A stretch of 64,000 bases of DNA. It comes from the human T2T-CHM13v2.0 reference genome, Homo sapiens. The notes under the pieces were generated by a model that saw only the letters and a list, made by a program, of their open reading frames with translations, was not told the origin of the DNA and made no database searches. The translations under genes and the position numbers were made by a program. Below are positions 1 through 21,691 of this stretch, one piece after another. Numbering within the stretch: the stretch's first letter is position 1; the number at the start of each line of letters is the position of its first letter. Location: NCBI RefSeq assembly GCF_009914755.1, contig NC_060944.1. One strand, 5' to 3'.

Positions 1-49
1 GGGAGTGGGACGAGCAGGGCCTGGGGGATCTGCATTAATGATAAGTTTC

Positions 50-420
<371 letters not shown>

Positions 421-879
421 TAACAAGTGACTGGAAAAGACAGACTCCACGCTGAGCACTGTGGTCATTTCTGAGAAGTGGGATAGAAGAAATACATACA
501 TCCTAGGAGGCTATTTGTAAAGGGCAAGGATTACATCTGTAACTTGAAACATCTATAAATATTTAAAGAGAACCAATCGGGAAACAAAAGTAAATAAAAT
601 GGGGGAAATGAAAGAATGCCAGGGTTGGCAGGAATCCTAGTATGTGCACCATCTGGTGTCTGAGTCCCTTTGACAATGTCTCTCCCTTCAGGGATGAGAT
701 GCATTTTCCTTCTGAAAACAGCCCTTGCTGACCCGACCTAGAGCAGACCCTGGAGCTATGTCCTACTTTGCCTCCAGCCTCTCCCACCCTCTCCCCAATC
801 CTAATTCTTTTTTTTTCCTTCTCCTCCTCTCCTCCTCTCCTCCTCTTTTTTTTTTTTCTTCTTGATTTAGTCCCATTAG

Positions 880-2030
880 TTTAGGTTTTTTTCACTCTTT
901 TCAGACCACTTGTCTCAGAAAAGACTTGCCTAGTCTCTCAGCGTGTGTATCTTGATTGGTCTAAGCCAGGGGCTCTTAACATGCAGTCCACAGACTACCT
1001 CAACCAAGGAGTCTGTGGATGGAATGCATAGGATTCACAAACTTGGATGGGGGAGAAGGAAAAGAAGCTACACCTTTATTTTCACTAACATTTAACTGAA
1101 ATTTAGCATTTGCTTCTCTTATGAATGTAAGGAACAAATCATAGTTGCATTAGCAGTACTTGTGATTTTGTCACCAAAAGAAGTGAAATATTTTTTCATA
1201 TCACAAAACATTTGTTGCAGGTATCTCACAGTATTGTTTACACTCATTGCTGCTTCAAAATTATAGTTATTAGATCAGCTGCTAGATTTTATTTAACATG
1301 CTAATAAAGAAGCATATTTGTTCCTGTAACATACTTTTAAAAATATATTTTGAAAACTGTATTCAATATAATTAGTTTTCTTTGCAATTCTATCATTTTA
1401 TTTATTTATTTTTCATTTTATTTTATGTAGTTAAAACAGTATTATGAGAAGGCATCCATCCATAGGCTTCACCAGACTGCCAACGGGTCCACTAAACAGA
1501 AGAGGTTGATAAGCCTTGGTCTAAGCCAATCCTACAATTTCATTTTTCTTGCTTTTTTCATCTTTCTTTCATTTTTCTAAGGACTGGCTTACAAGTGTTA
1601 TATGACCTGAGGTGAAATTTGAGGGCACATGTGCTGGAAGGAAAAGGGAGTCCCTCTTGGAAAAGGTTTCTTGTGATCTGAGGGGACATCTGCTGAAGGG
1701 AAGGGGGAGTCCCTCGTGGAAAAAGTTTCTTAACTTTTAAAAGGAGACACAAGGAAGACATGCTTTCCTCCTCTGCTTCTTGGTGTCTGACCATGTTAGG
1801 CTGGGGGTTTCTTCCACTGATAGGCACCCATGAGGAGAGCTGCTGACCTACTGAAGACGGCAGAGATGATTGATGATAAAAGCCTGGGTCTTTGAGGACA
1901 CAGTTGAGTTGGTGGCTTAGCCAGACACAGAACTACTCTACCTTTGGACTCCTGTTGTCAATGGATACATCTCTTACAATGAAGTACAGTTTGGGTCAGT
2001 TGTCTGTTACTTGCAGCCTAGAGCACCTTC
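880..2030. mobile_element. MaLR (MLT1-type) solo LTR, split by the hAT element
   Basis: Empty site GATTGGTCTAAGCCAATC and 3' motif TCTGTTACTTGCAGCC are typical of MLT1 LTRs. Confidence 0.5.
967..1518. mobile_element. hAT-Charlie DNA transposon fossil (MER119-like) inserted in a MaLR LTR
   Basis: Termini CAGGGGCTCTTAAC...GTTGATAAGCCTTG with perfect 8-bp TSD GTCTAAGC (959-966, 1519-1526). Confidence 0.7.
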
Positions 2031-2249
2031 TCTAATCCATCATGCTATTTTTGTTGCCCAGTGTTTTCCACTCTTGGTCCTATCTCTGCGTTGACAGAGA
2101 ACAAAGCTGGCATCTTCTTTTATCTGATCCTTACTCAGATTGGTCAGATCTTTTTTGCTTGAGGTTGAACATCTTCAGGTCCTTCAACTAGACTCAAGAG
2201 GCATGGTTTTGAGACCTTTATCCATCCCTACTACGTGTGTCTATCCAGG

Positions 2250-2449
2250 TCAGTGGTTTTCAAACTTTAGCATGCATCAGAATCATGCTGTTTGTTAAAA
2301 TTAGCTTGTTAAAATGCAAACTTCTGGGCCCCACTGCAGAGTTTCTGATTCAGTAGAACTGGAGTGGTGTCCAATAATTTGCATTTCTAACAAATTCCCA
2401 TATAATGCTGATGCTGCTGGTGTTGGAGACAACAGTTTGAAAACCACTG
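2250..2449. mobile_element. MER5A hAT MITE
   Basis: Terminal inverted repeats CAGTGGTTTTCAAACT / AGTTTGAAAACCACTG; internal TGCATTTCTAACAAATTCCCA. Confidence 0.75.
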
Positions 2450-2452
2450 GTC

Positions 2453-2756
<304 letters not shown>

Positions 2757-4288
2757 GAAAACCACTGGTCTAGGTCCCTATGAAAACATAGTTCCTCAAG
2801 ATAAAACCACTAATCAAGTTCAGCAGAGCAGAGCTATCACCTCCTTCAATACTGATAGCATGCTCCTATTATTGCAGGCCAAGTTATAAGCTACTTTCTT
2901 ATGCTGCTGAAATCTATGCCAACCAAAACTCTGAAACCTGTTTCATACATGTGGCTTCTAAACCCTCTCTCTGTTCTTTAAATAGGGGACTATCACTTGT
3001 CAGTGCTTATGGTGTGCTAAGTGTTTTATGAGTTATATCATTTGATTCTCACAATAACCTTTGACACAGGCGATGATCCCTTTCTGGAGAGACTGGTAAC
3101 TATAAAAATAAAGAAAAAAATCTTACCAAAGTCATCCAGCTGGTAAATATGTGACGGGAGCAGGATTTGAGTCTGGGTTATAGAACTCTACAATTGAGAA
3201 CATTCCTCCTGCTTAACAGCATCTATTAATCAGCTGCCCTGCGGGGCTCAAGACAAATTTACCTAATTGTGCCTCATCCAGCTCCTTTCTCTTTCTTGTT
3301 CACAGGGTCATTGCTTGTGATTTTTGTCAAATGCCCCAGGTTTCTTGAGCCTCCATTATCTCCTTCATCTGCAAGTCATCCCTTTCACTGCCCCCACCCC
3401 TGCTCCCAAGCAGAAGGTGAGGCTTGCTGAGTTGCCTTTGGAGCCACATGAGTTTGGTTTCTGAAAGTGTTAACTGTGGGCACATTTTAATAAAGGCCAT
3501 TTTCTAGGCTACATCTATATAAATGTTCCAATTTAATATGCAAATGTACCATAAGTGATTTAGCGTGTGCTGGGTCTTTATTGTTCTAGTTGCAGTTATG
3601 TTGATTTAGCCCATAGCTCTATGGTTAATAATTTAGTAAGCAACCTTATTTTTTAATCTCCCTTTGTCCTCATACCTCATCCTTTTCCACATTAAGGGAC
3701 TTAGGCTTGCATTAAAATTCAGTTTAATGAACAATCAATCCTTGAATAAGTGGTAGCTACAAAAGAACTCCATCCAAATGCTAGGGAATCCTGTAAGTTT
3801 ATGGTTTTTTACCTTCTTTGTGGAATTCTTGCTTTTATCATAAATATAATGACCCACTTTATCCCTCCTAGTGCTTTTTGCATTATGTTCTATTTTGCCT
3901 GACATTAATATTGTTAGTCTAGTCTTCTTTGGTTAGTATTTTCCTGGGATATCTTTTTCTGTCTATTTTCAGTATTTCTGTATGATCATCTTAAGTATAT
4001 CTCTTACACACCACTTACAGCTGGATTTTGATTTTTAAAAATCTCATGGATAGTCTCTAAGAGGCAAGTTTAATCCATTTACATTTATTGTGATTACTGA
4101 TTTGTTTGAACTAATTTTCTAACATCTTTCTGTGTGTGTATGTTTTCTATTACAGTGATATTTTGGGGGGTGGAGGGTGGAGGGCATATGTGGCTACTTT
4201 AATTTTTTTCTTCCTTCTTTACTTTTGATGGATAGAGCTCCTTATCACCCCATCCCTTTTCCTCCCTACTGATTTGAATGCTATATAT

Positions 4289-4627
4289 CAGGGGTCTCCA
4301 ACCCCTGGTACTGGTCCATGGCCTGTTAGGAAATGAGCCAGACAGCAGGAAGTGAGTGGCAGGCAAGGGAGCATCACTGCCTGAGCTCTGCCTCCTGTCA
4401 GATCAGCAGTGGCATTAGATTCTCATAGGAGCACAAACCCTATTGTAAACTGTGCACATGAGGGATCTAGGTTGCGTGTTTCTTATGAGAATCTAATGAT
4501 AAATATAATGCACCTGAGTCATCCCAAAACCATCCCCCAACACACACACACCCACCCCCACCAGTCCACAGAAAAATTGTCTTCCATGAATCCAGTCCCT
4601 GGGGCCAAAAAAAACTGGGGACTGCTG
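4289..4627. mobile_element. MER1B-like hAT element
   Basis: CAGGGGTCTCCAACC...GGGGACTGCTG with internal GTCAGATCAGCAGTGGCATTAGATTCTCATAGGAGC. 8-bp TSD CTATATAT/TTATATAT. Confidence 0.8.
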
Positions 4628-4737
4628 TTATATATCACATTTCTTTTAGTGGTTTTGTTTTAATTTTTAACATAGTTACTTGGCTATACATTTTCCCAAC
4701 AGTGTAAAATTATTCAGTATCTCTATTTTCCTCCTGA

Positions 4738-5172
<435 letters not shown>

Positions 5173-5838
5173 TAGATTTACCAATATTTGAACACTTTCT
5201 GTACTTAACGTTTTCCTTCTTTCACTTTTCCTTCTGCCAAAGTATATGCTTTAGTAATCCTTTCATGATGGTATGGGTAACTTGGTTTATGAAAGTTTGA
5301 AAATGTCTGTAATTTTTCTTCCTCAGTGTTCATTTAGCTTTGTATTGAAGTAGGTTGATAGTATTTTTCCCTCTGCATGTTCATGATATTACTTCTCTGT
5401 GTATGCCATCCCTTATTGCTAATGAAAAATCTGTTCAGTTCAACTGGCATTCCTTTGTAGGCAATTGGTCTTTAATCTCTTGTAACTCTTGAGATTTATC
5501 TCTTTATCTTTGATTTCATCATTGCAATGTTAGCACATGGTATGTGTTTTCCGTCTTAGGACTTTTTTATTTTGAAATAGTCTCAGCCATTATCTCATAC
5601 ATATTACATCTCCATTTCATTCTTTATTCTATCTTTCCAGTATTTCTGTTATGTATATGATGAAACATTTTAATCTGTTGACTATGTCTTAGCTGCACTT
5701 TCATGTTTTTCATTTCTTTTTCTCTCTGTGTTGCTTTGGGTGAATTTCTCAGAAATATCTTTTAATTCACTAATTGTTCCCTTAACTGTGTCTTATCCCA
5801 TTTGATACTTCAATTATAATCTTTTTTTTTATTTTTAG

Positions 5839-6272
<434 letters not shown>

Positions 6273-6320
6273 ACTTTTAGGATTTCAAATAGTTTCTTTT
6301 TCACATCAACAGTTAATTTT

Positions 6321-6627
<307 letters not shown>

Positions 6628-6880
6628 GAAAGCCAACAAATTCAACTCTGAACAGATGGATTCATTAGTGATAAGTGATTTCATAAATTCAGTTCCAGAT
6701 TGCTCCAGATAAATAATGTGGAACTGACTTTAAAATACATTTAAGATCCTAGCAAAGGTAAACGAAGGAATGACTTGTAAAAAGAGAAAAGTTATGAAAC
6801 AAAAACAGACAAAATTAACTGTTTTCTTTTGGTGGTTTTTTTTTTTTTTTTTTTTTTTTTTTGAGATAGAGTCTCGCTCT

Positions 6881-7150
6881 GGGAAAGATACTATCAACCT
6901 ACTTCAATACAAAGCTAAATAAACATTGAAGAAGAAAAATTAAAGACATTTTCAAAGTTTCATAAATCAAGTTACCCATACCATCATGAAAAGTTTACTA
7001 AAGCATATACTTTGGCAGAAGGAAAAGTGAAAGAAGAAAAACATTAAGTACAGAAAGTGTTCAAATATTGGTAAATCTAATTTCTGATTAGATGCATATT
7101 CAATTTTGTGATAAATAGTGGAACCAGAATTCTAGATAAAAACAAGGAAG
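6881..7150 (-). repeat. 270-bp inverted copy of 5102-5371
   Basis: Ungapped manual alignment gives 15 mismatches in 270 bp (about 94%). Confidence 0.92.
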
Positions 7151-7481
7151 TGCCCAGCAGGACACTTATTTTCTTTAACATCAGTTTTGTTAAAGTATAA
7201 TTTACATGCAACATAATCACCAATTTAAGTGTATTATTCAATGAGTTTTGGTTAATACATACAATCATGTAACCACCACTAAAATCAGAAAAAGAATATT
7301 TTCATCACCCAAAAACTTCCCTTGTGCCCTTTGCAGTTAATAATCCCCTTCTCCAGCCCCAAGTAACCATCGATCTGCTTTCTATACATTAGTTTGCCTT
7401 TCCTAGAATTTCATATAAATGAAATCATACAGTATGTATTCTTTTGTGTCTGGCTTCTTTTTCTAAATGTAGTGATTTTTA

Positions 7482-13951
<6,470 letters not shown>

Positions 13952-15766
13952 ATGTAGTGATTTTTAGATTAATCCATATTACTGTGTATATCCAGTAATA
14001 TGGATATTCCTTTTAATATGTGTATTCCTTTTTGGGTAGTATTCTGTTGTATGGTTATGTCACAATTTTTTAACCATTTTTAACCATTCTTCTATTGATA
14101 GACATTTGAATTGTTTCCAGTTTGGGCTGTTACGTATAAATCTACTATGAACATTCATATACAAGTCTTTGTGTGGACATGTTTTCATTTGTCCTGGGCA
14201 AACACCTAAGAGTGGGGTTGCTTTAACTTTATACGAAACTCCCAAACTGTTTTCCTAAGCAGCTATACCATTTTGCATTCCCATCCACAATGTACGAGTT
14301 CCAGCTGGGGAGCAGAGGTTATTTTTAAAGCATGAACCCAATGCCGTCTTGACTGGAGGTGATGGCAGAAACACTTTAGAATAAAATGCTAGAAATGGTA
14401 ATGAAGGCTCCAGGAGGGCACAGACTCCAAGTGTCCTGTTTCCTGCTGCATCCCCAATGACTAGCACAGGGCTTGGCTCCTGGCACCCGCTCAATAAATG
14501 AATCAGTGAATAAAAGATTTGCCTCTGACAGACATTAACAGCTTATAAGTGTTGGGTCAAAGTTTGGACCTACTGCATCTTATTTAATCAAAAGAAGTTT
14601 TAGGAGCCCTGGTTTCTCCTTCCCCAAGTTTCATTAGACACTTAATTTTCAACTAGTTGGCATTTCTACCTGGTTACTACAATATCTGCTGACTCTAGTC
14701 TGGCTTCCCTTCACAGCCCGAGACGGCCACTCTGCCTCCCATCACTGAGTATGCACTTCAGCCAGCAGAAAGGAGGACATGGGAAGAGAACACACCCTGT
14801 ATTTATGGAGACTTGGCTGTAGTTGCAGATCATTTCTGCTTATCTGTCATGGGCCAGAACTTGGTCATATGGCCACATCCAGCTGCAGGGAGAACTGGAA
14901 ACCATGGCCTTTATTTGGATCAGCTGTATGCCTAAATACCAGGACCCTGTTGCTAAGAAGGGGAGGACAGACAATGAATCACTTCTATTGAATGAATGAT
15001 AATAATGGCAGGCCCTAACCTGAGCCTGGCTTTGTCCAGAACTGCTGTAGGGACTTCGAGGTCAATATGCCATATTATTCAGAAAACATGTTTATTTTTC
15101 AACTCCAGGGAGAATCCTTTCAATTCATACACAAAAGAAAGCAAGGCTGGTGAGTACGGAAGGTGTCTCACTCAGCACTTCTTGTCCCTGCCCCTGGCCA
15201 CACAGGCCAGCCACTTGGATTCCTCCTCAAGGTGGTCTGCTTCAGCTACAAGGGGCAGGGAGCATTTGAAGGATGGTGCATTCAAAGAAGGGGGAGCTAA
15301 TGATGGGATGGGGACATGGACATATACCACTGGCCTCTCTGGGAACCAAATGGCTCCCTCTGAGTGACCTACCTTAAGAAGCTCTGGTGTGCTAAGCAGA
15401 CCCCAGCTGGGCCACCATGGTCTACAGATACACTCAGTAAGGGAAGCAAGTGAGAGAGAGGAGGGGATCCAGGCAAGGGTAACTAGGATGTGGAAGGGAC
15501 TTGAAATGTATCTGTGTTTTGTTTCCAGGATATCTTATCATGAGTTCTTCCAGAAGCAGGTACTGAGACAAAGAATTGAGGGCAGGTAGTTCATTTGGAC
15601 CTAATCCCAGGAAGCACCAGTAGGGACATGGGGAAGTGAGACAGGGAAAGAGTGCAGGGTCAAGGAAGTTATACCACTGTGCCCAAGTGGGGCTCAGTCC
15701 TACTAGGGAACTGTGGGAGCCAGTGTAGAATACACACCTTGAAGTTACCCTGCCCAAGGGGTTGGG

Positions 15767-15918
15767 TTTAAGAGTTTAAGAAAGAGGAAAGAAAGATGAA
15801 ATGCAGCTCAACATTAAATCGGCCAGAAGCCCCTCTCAGGTTTATTTCTCTAAGATAAACCTGTCTTTGACTGTTGAGCCTCATTTCCTGTTTCTTTCCT
15901 CTTTCTTTAACTCTTACA
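15767..15918. mobile_element. 152-bp fold-back element with about 47-bp inverted arms and an LTR-like terminus, inside a MaLR-like LTR
   Basis: Arms match 41/47. Right end ...CTCTTACA. Flanks TTGGG / CTGGG. Confidence 0.6.
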
Positions 15919-18221
15919 CTGGGGAGCTGTGATTTTTACACATCAGTTATTGGCTGAGGGTTGCTCCCAAGACCTGCTTAATTCACCAGGACTTCTGGCC
16001 TGCCAAGCGTGGAGACAGAAGGCCTTCCTTACCTGCAGAAAATCCTTAGTCAAAGAAATCAAATGCAGGGCAGCTGGAAGTTGGCTGGAGCACACCGAGG
16101 TGGTAAGCCCTGACGGATGTGGAGTGGGCACTGGGTACTTACTGTCTGCTACAAAGGATGAAGCCAACATCAATTACACATGCTCTCGTTCTGTGACACA
16201 CACACACGCCTCTTGCACACCTCTTACACTGGCTTCATTTTTCCTGACTCACACTGCTCCCTCTCAACACAACACCTTTGCATATGCCATTCTGGATGTC
16301 TGAGCCACTCTTCTACTCTTTCTGTTCCCCCTTCCATGAGTTAAGTTCTACTTATTCTTCAGATCTTGGCTCAAATGCCCCTTCCTCTTGCCCCCTCCCA
16401 CCCCAGGGCAAGATCAGGTCCTCCTGTTGCACATTGTCCCAGCTCCCTGGCCTGTAAGTGTGTCATTATAGGTCTTTAAGTTTAGGTGATTAATGCTGTC
16501 TCCTCCATCAGACTGTGAGGAAGGGATCCTCCCTTTCTTGTTTACAGTGACACACAGTAGGGACTCAAAAAATGTATGTTGAATGAATGAATGAATCAAT
16601 GCCAGTCTGATCGACTAAGGCTCCCTATAGCTAGAGAGGGAATTTACCAGCTAAAGATCCCAGGAAGAGAAGGCGGCTAATTAGCAATTCATTAGGATCC
16701 ATTTTCACATCTATAGTCAATGCTAATCACTTGTTTGTTTAAAACAGGAAGTTCTGCACTCATTAAAGCCATTACTAAATGAAAATGTTTCTCATGGAAG
16801 TCTGGCCTCCCACACTGGAGTGTAAACTCAAGGACTGCACCCCCTCTTTTGTGTAGACTTTCCAGAAATCAGCAAAGCAGGTGCTCACAAGCTGGAAATA
16901 CCCTGGGTTAGGACCCTAGTGTTTGCTGCCAGTGGGACCTTAGGAACCAGGCCCTTCAGCTCTGGCTGGGAGTGGCCTGGCAAGGGTGAGCTCTGCCCAT
17001 CATTCCTCATCCACCCTATTCCACCCTGCAGAAAAGCCCCAGAGAACAACTTCCCTATGGCAATGCTACCCACCCATTACTCACGCACCTATTGGGTGCC
17101 CGCCAGATGTACAGCCCAGGCCCACCTCTCGGGTATTGAACAGACTGGCCTGCTTTCCTGAAGTTTCACCTTTTTCTTTATCTTCATTGCCCACTGCCCC
17201 CACCTTACATCAACACGAGCAACACCTTAAATGTGTTGTTTGAGCCTTTGTACCTGCTGTTCCCTCTGTCCAGAGCGGGCCTTCCCTGTGTGTACTTCAT
17301 GGGCAAATACTGCAATGCCAGCTTGGTGGTGTCTCCTCCATGAAGCCTCCCAATTGCCTTTTGGTTCAACCTCTGGGCTGCCATTTATATTTTTGAATAT
17401 CATCATCTTCATGGTGGTGACCAACTCTGATAGAGCACCTCCCAGGGGCCAGCCGGTCCCTGAGTCTATCACTCTACCACTCTGGTGTCCCATGCTCCCA
17501 GGGAGGTACTGTTCTTATTTTCATTTCGTCAAGGCTAAGAGTCCTGAAGAGACTTTCCCAAGGCCACATGGCAGGCCTTCTTATCTCCAGAGCCCATGAG
17601 CTTAACTGCCGCTCCCTACCTCCTCCCAATGCAGACTTATTGCTGTCTTCTCACACGAACTTGCCCTGTTTAGCTCTCCTGTAAGCCTAGCTCCTAAGAG
17701 GCAGTATACATGTCTTTTTGTCTCTGGGGCTGGCACATAGAAAGCCTTGAAAAATACTTGTTGAAATTTCCAACCAGCAGATTTCAGATCCTGTTCCATA
17801 AACCCTGTTGTAACTGATCATGCAACTGATCAGTAGCCTCCTGTTAGAATCCTGTCTTTGCTCTTAATGTCTCTGGAGGAGTTACTGGATATGTCAGTCA
17901 TCATGACCATGAGATGAAGCGGCAAGTCATGACCCTGTCGTGTGTCTCTGTCAGGTGCTGAAGATGCAGAAAGGAATATGACTCCTACATGAGAAAAAGG
18001 CTGCAAGCCCCACGCAGAGCTGTGGCGAGGAGGGCGGCATTGCAGTGCCCTGATTTCAACATGGGTAGTCAGGAAAAGCTCCGAGGCCTGACCTGCCTCT
18101 CTTGGGGTTCTGAGGGGGCTCAGATGAGCTAGGGCATGGGCGGGAGATCATCTTCCTACATGCCCACGGGGATACAACCCATTCCCTGAGAGGCATCCTC
18201 TCCAAGATTCCTTTGCTTATT

Positions 18222-18511
18222 TTTTGCTTATTATTATTATTATTATTATTATTTTTTAGACGGAGTCTCACTCTGTCGCCCAGGCTGGAGTGCAGTGGTA
18301 TGATCTGAAGCAATTCTCTGCCTTAGCCTCCTGAATAGCTGGGATTACAGGCGCCCACCACCACGCCCAGCTGATTTTTTTTTTTTGTATGTTTAGTAGA
18401 GACGGGGTTTCACCATCTTGGCCAGGCTGGTCTTGAACTCCTGACCTTGTGATCCACCCACCTCGGCCTCCCAAAGTGCTGGGATTACAGGCGTGAGCCA
18501 CTGTGCCCAGC
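18222..18511 (-). mobile_element. Alu with (TTA)n tail and short internal deletion
   Basis: Alu consensus motifs. Confidence 0.88.
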
Positions 18512-18791
18512 TACTTATTTGGATTAAGCATTGCTTCCCCTTCTCCCAGCCCTGGTTCCCCTCGAGAAACACAAAGCACAAGCGAGGGACCCAAGATGAT
18601 GTTAGGCCCCTAATACCAAATGTGAGTTTGCCATAGGATTATAGACACATAAACGCCTTCTATTTTGATGACTTTTTTTGTGTGAGTGGATAAGCTACAC
18701 ATGAATAGGGTTTAAAAAAATGTCAAGGGTGTATGGGGTACTTGTGAGAAGACTTCTCATCACTGATCCTGTCACCCTTCCTAGAAGCTGA

Positions 18792-19271
<480 letters not shown>

Positions 19272-19474
19272 TGAGGCACTTATTTAGCCAGTACTCTCTT
19301 GATGGACTTTTAGGTTGTTTCCATTCTTTCATTAATGCAAACAATGCATCAACAAACACTTTATTCATCATCTTTGATCATGGCAAGTAAATTCCTAAAA
19401 GCAGGATTGCTGAGTCAAAGGGTATGTGCATTTAAAATTCTGATAGCTATTGCTATTTTATTTTTTATTCTTTC

Positions 19475-19800
19475 AAAGGCAGACTACCACAGGTAGTGCC
19501 TCATTTGAATGTGTCTGGAGCCTTGGAAGCTTGGAGCCCTACGTTCTCCTACAAATGGACCTTGAGAGCTTGTTTGGAGGTTCTAGCAGGGGGGCTCAGC
19601 TACTTATATACCCTTGACTGAAGACCAGTCTTCCTCTATTGGGGATGGTCGTCCTCTTCGACAGAGTGTGCAGCTTCAGGAGGGACACACATGGAGTGGA
19701 GAGGGAGGAAGGGGACAACTGCCTAGCCAGCCAGATCAGCCGAATGAACCCTGGCAATCAATGGGGTGATGGATATTGCAGCCAGATCGCCCTTACATCC
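19475..19800 (-). pseudogene. Full-length 7SK snRNA retropseudogene (RN7SKP family; exact locus number not verified)
   Basis: Minus strand reads GGATGTAAGGGCGATCTGGCTGC...GTGGTAGTCTGCCTTT, colinear with 7SK over about 326 nt with CpG decay. Flanked by direct repeat TTTTATTCTTT (19463-19473, 19803-19813). Confidence 0.93.
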
Positions 19801-19900
19801 TGTTTTATTCTTTTAAAATGTTGCACAGTATTTTGTTATATAAATGTACTGGAGATCATTTAACTAGTCCATCCCTCCCTCCCTCCCCTGTTCTTTGTAA

Positions 19901-20390
<490 letters not shown>

Positions 20391-21632
20391 TCATGACATT
20401 TGAGGTATCACTCTTCAGTATAGCTCAGTAGAATTTCTGTGTTGTGGGGGGCATTTCAGTCTCTTCTGGATGAAGAGCTCAGCACCATGATTAGGTTATT
20501 TCCTATCTTTTGCTTCCATTCGTTGGATATTAAGGAAGAGTATCAAGCATAAAGCCTGGCACATACTAGGCATTCAATATTTGTGAAAATATTTTTAAAA
20601 ATTCGGAACAATGTTGCAGTGAACTGCCTAGGCGTGTACATCTTTGTGCCCATGTGTGAGTATGAAATACTTAAGAGGCAGAATTACTGATCAAAAGTGT
20701 GTGCATTCAAATTTGGTCGATAACTGCCCAACTGACCTCCAAAGACCTTGTGCCAATGTACATGCCTGTCTCCCCATATACTTTCCAACATTATATTATC
20801 AAATTATAGATGTTGAGGAGGTGGAACGATGCTTGGGGATTGATTGGTTCAAACCCTTTACCTAGTAGATGGGGAGGCTGAGGCACAGGCAGGGGAAGAG
20901 AGCGCCCAAGGTCACCTGTGAGCTGTGGCACAGTTCGATTCCCTCCAGGGAACTGGGGCAGGGTTTGGGGTGAAACACTTGAGTGCACCCGGTGGGGTCC
21001 ATGAGACAATGAGAAGGAAGGCTAACAAGAGGTGGGGTGCGCTGAGGCCTATCCCTCCCCCACACCTACGCCCAGGTAACGCAACATGTTTTATTTCATG
21101 AAGGAACTTCTGACTCTTCTCCACTACTTCTTCTCCCCGCCTCCCCCCACCCATCTTTTTCCTTGGAAACAGCCTCAGAGATTCTGAAAGGTGCTTTCCT
21201 TACTTCTGAGTCCGCCTGTGTGGGAGGAAGCTGAGGACGTGAGGGTACTGATTGAGAGAGCAGGTTGAGACCCAGGAGCTGCTGTGCAAAAAGAATGGCA
21301 AATTATATAAGGAGGGGAAACGGAAGCGGGTGGTGGAGGCAGCCATTCATCAGTGTTTTTTAACCCTTTCCTGCTGCAAAAACAGGCAGCCCCAGATGCC
21401 GGGATACGGCCGCAGTGAGAGAGACATTTTCATAAACGGTTGGTGCTGAAAGCTTTGAAGCGAGGAGGGCACTGCTCCCTCCTTGTCCTTTGCAGACTGG
21501 CTTTGTACTCTGGGTAAAACTGTCAGAAAAGGTAGAACAGCTCCTAATCTAGGAGATGATTCCTGTGGGAAATCAGGCTGCTTTTCAAGCGTAATTTGAA
21601 AAGCCGCTGCCTCCAAACTTCAGTTGTGGAGT

Positions 21633-21691
21633 GGGGGAGACGGGGGCGGGGGGGGGGGGGGAGACGGGGGCGGGGGGGCGGGGGGGGGCGG
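21633..21691 (+). repeat. G-rich low-complexity tract (G-quadruplex-capable)
   Basis: Six G-runs of at least 5, including one of about 14. Internal duplication GGGGGAGACGGGGGCGGGGGGG. Confidence 0.85.
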
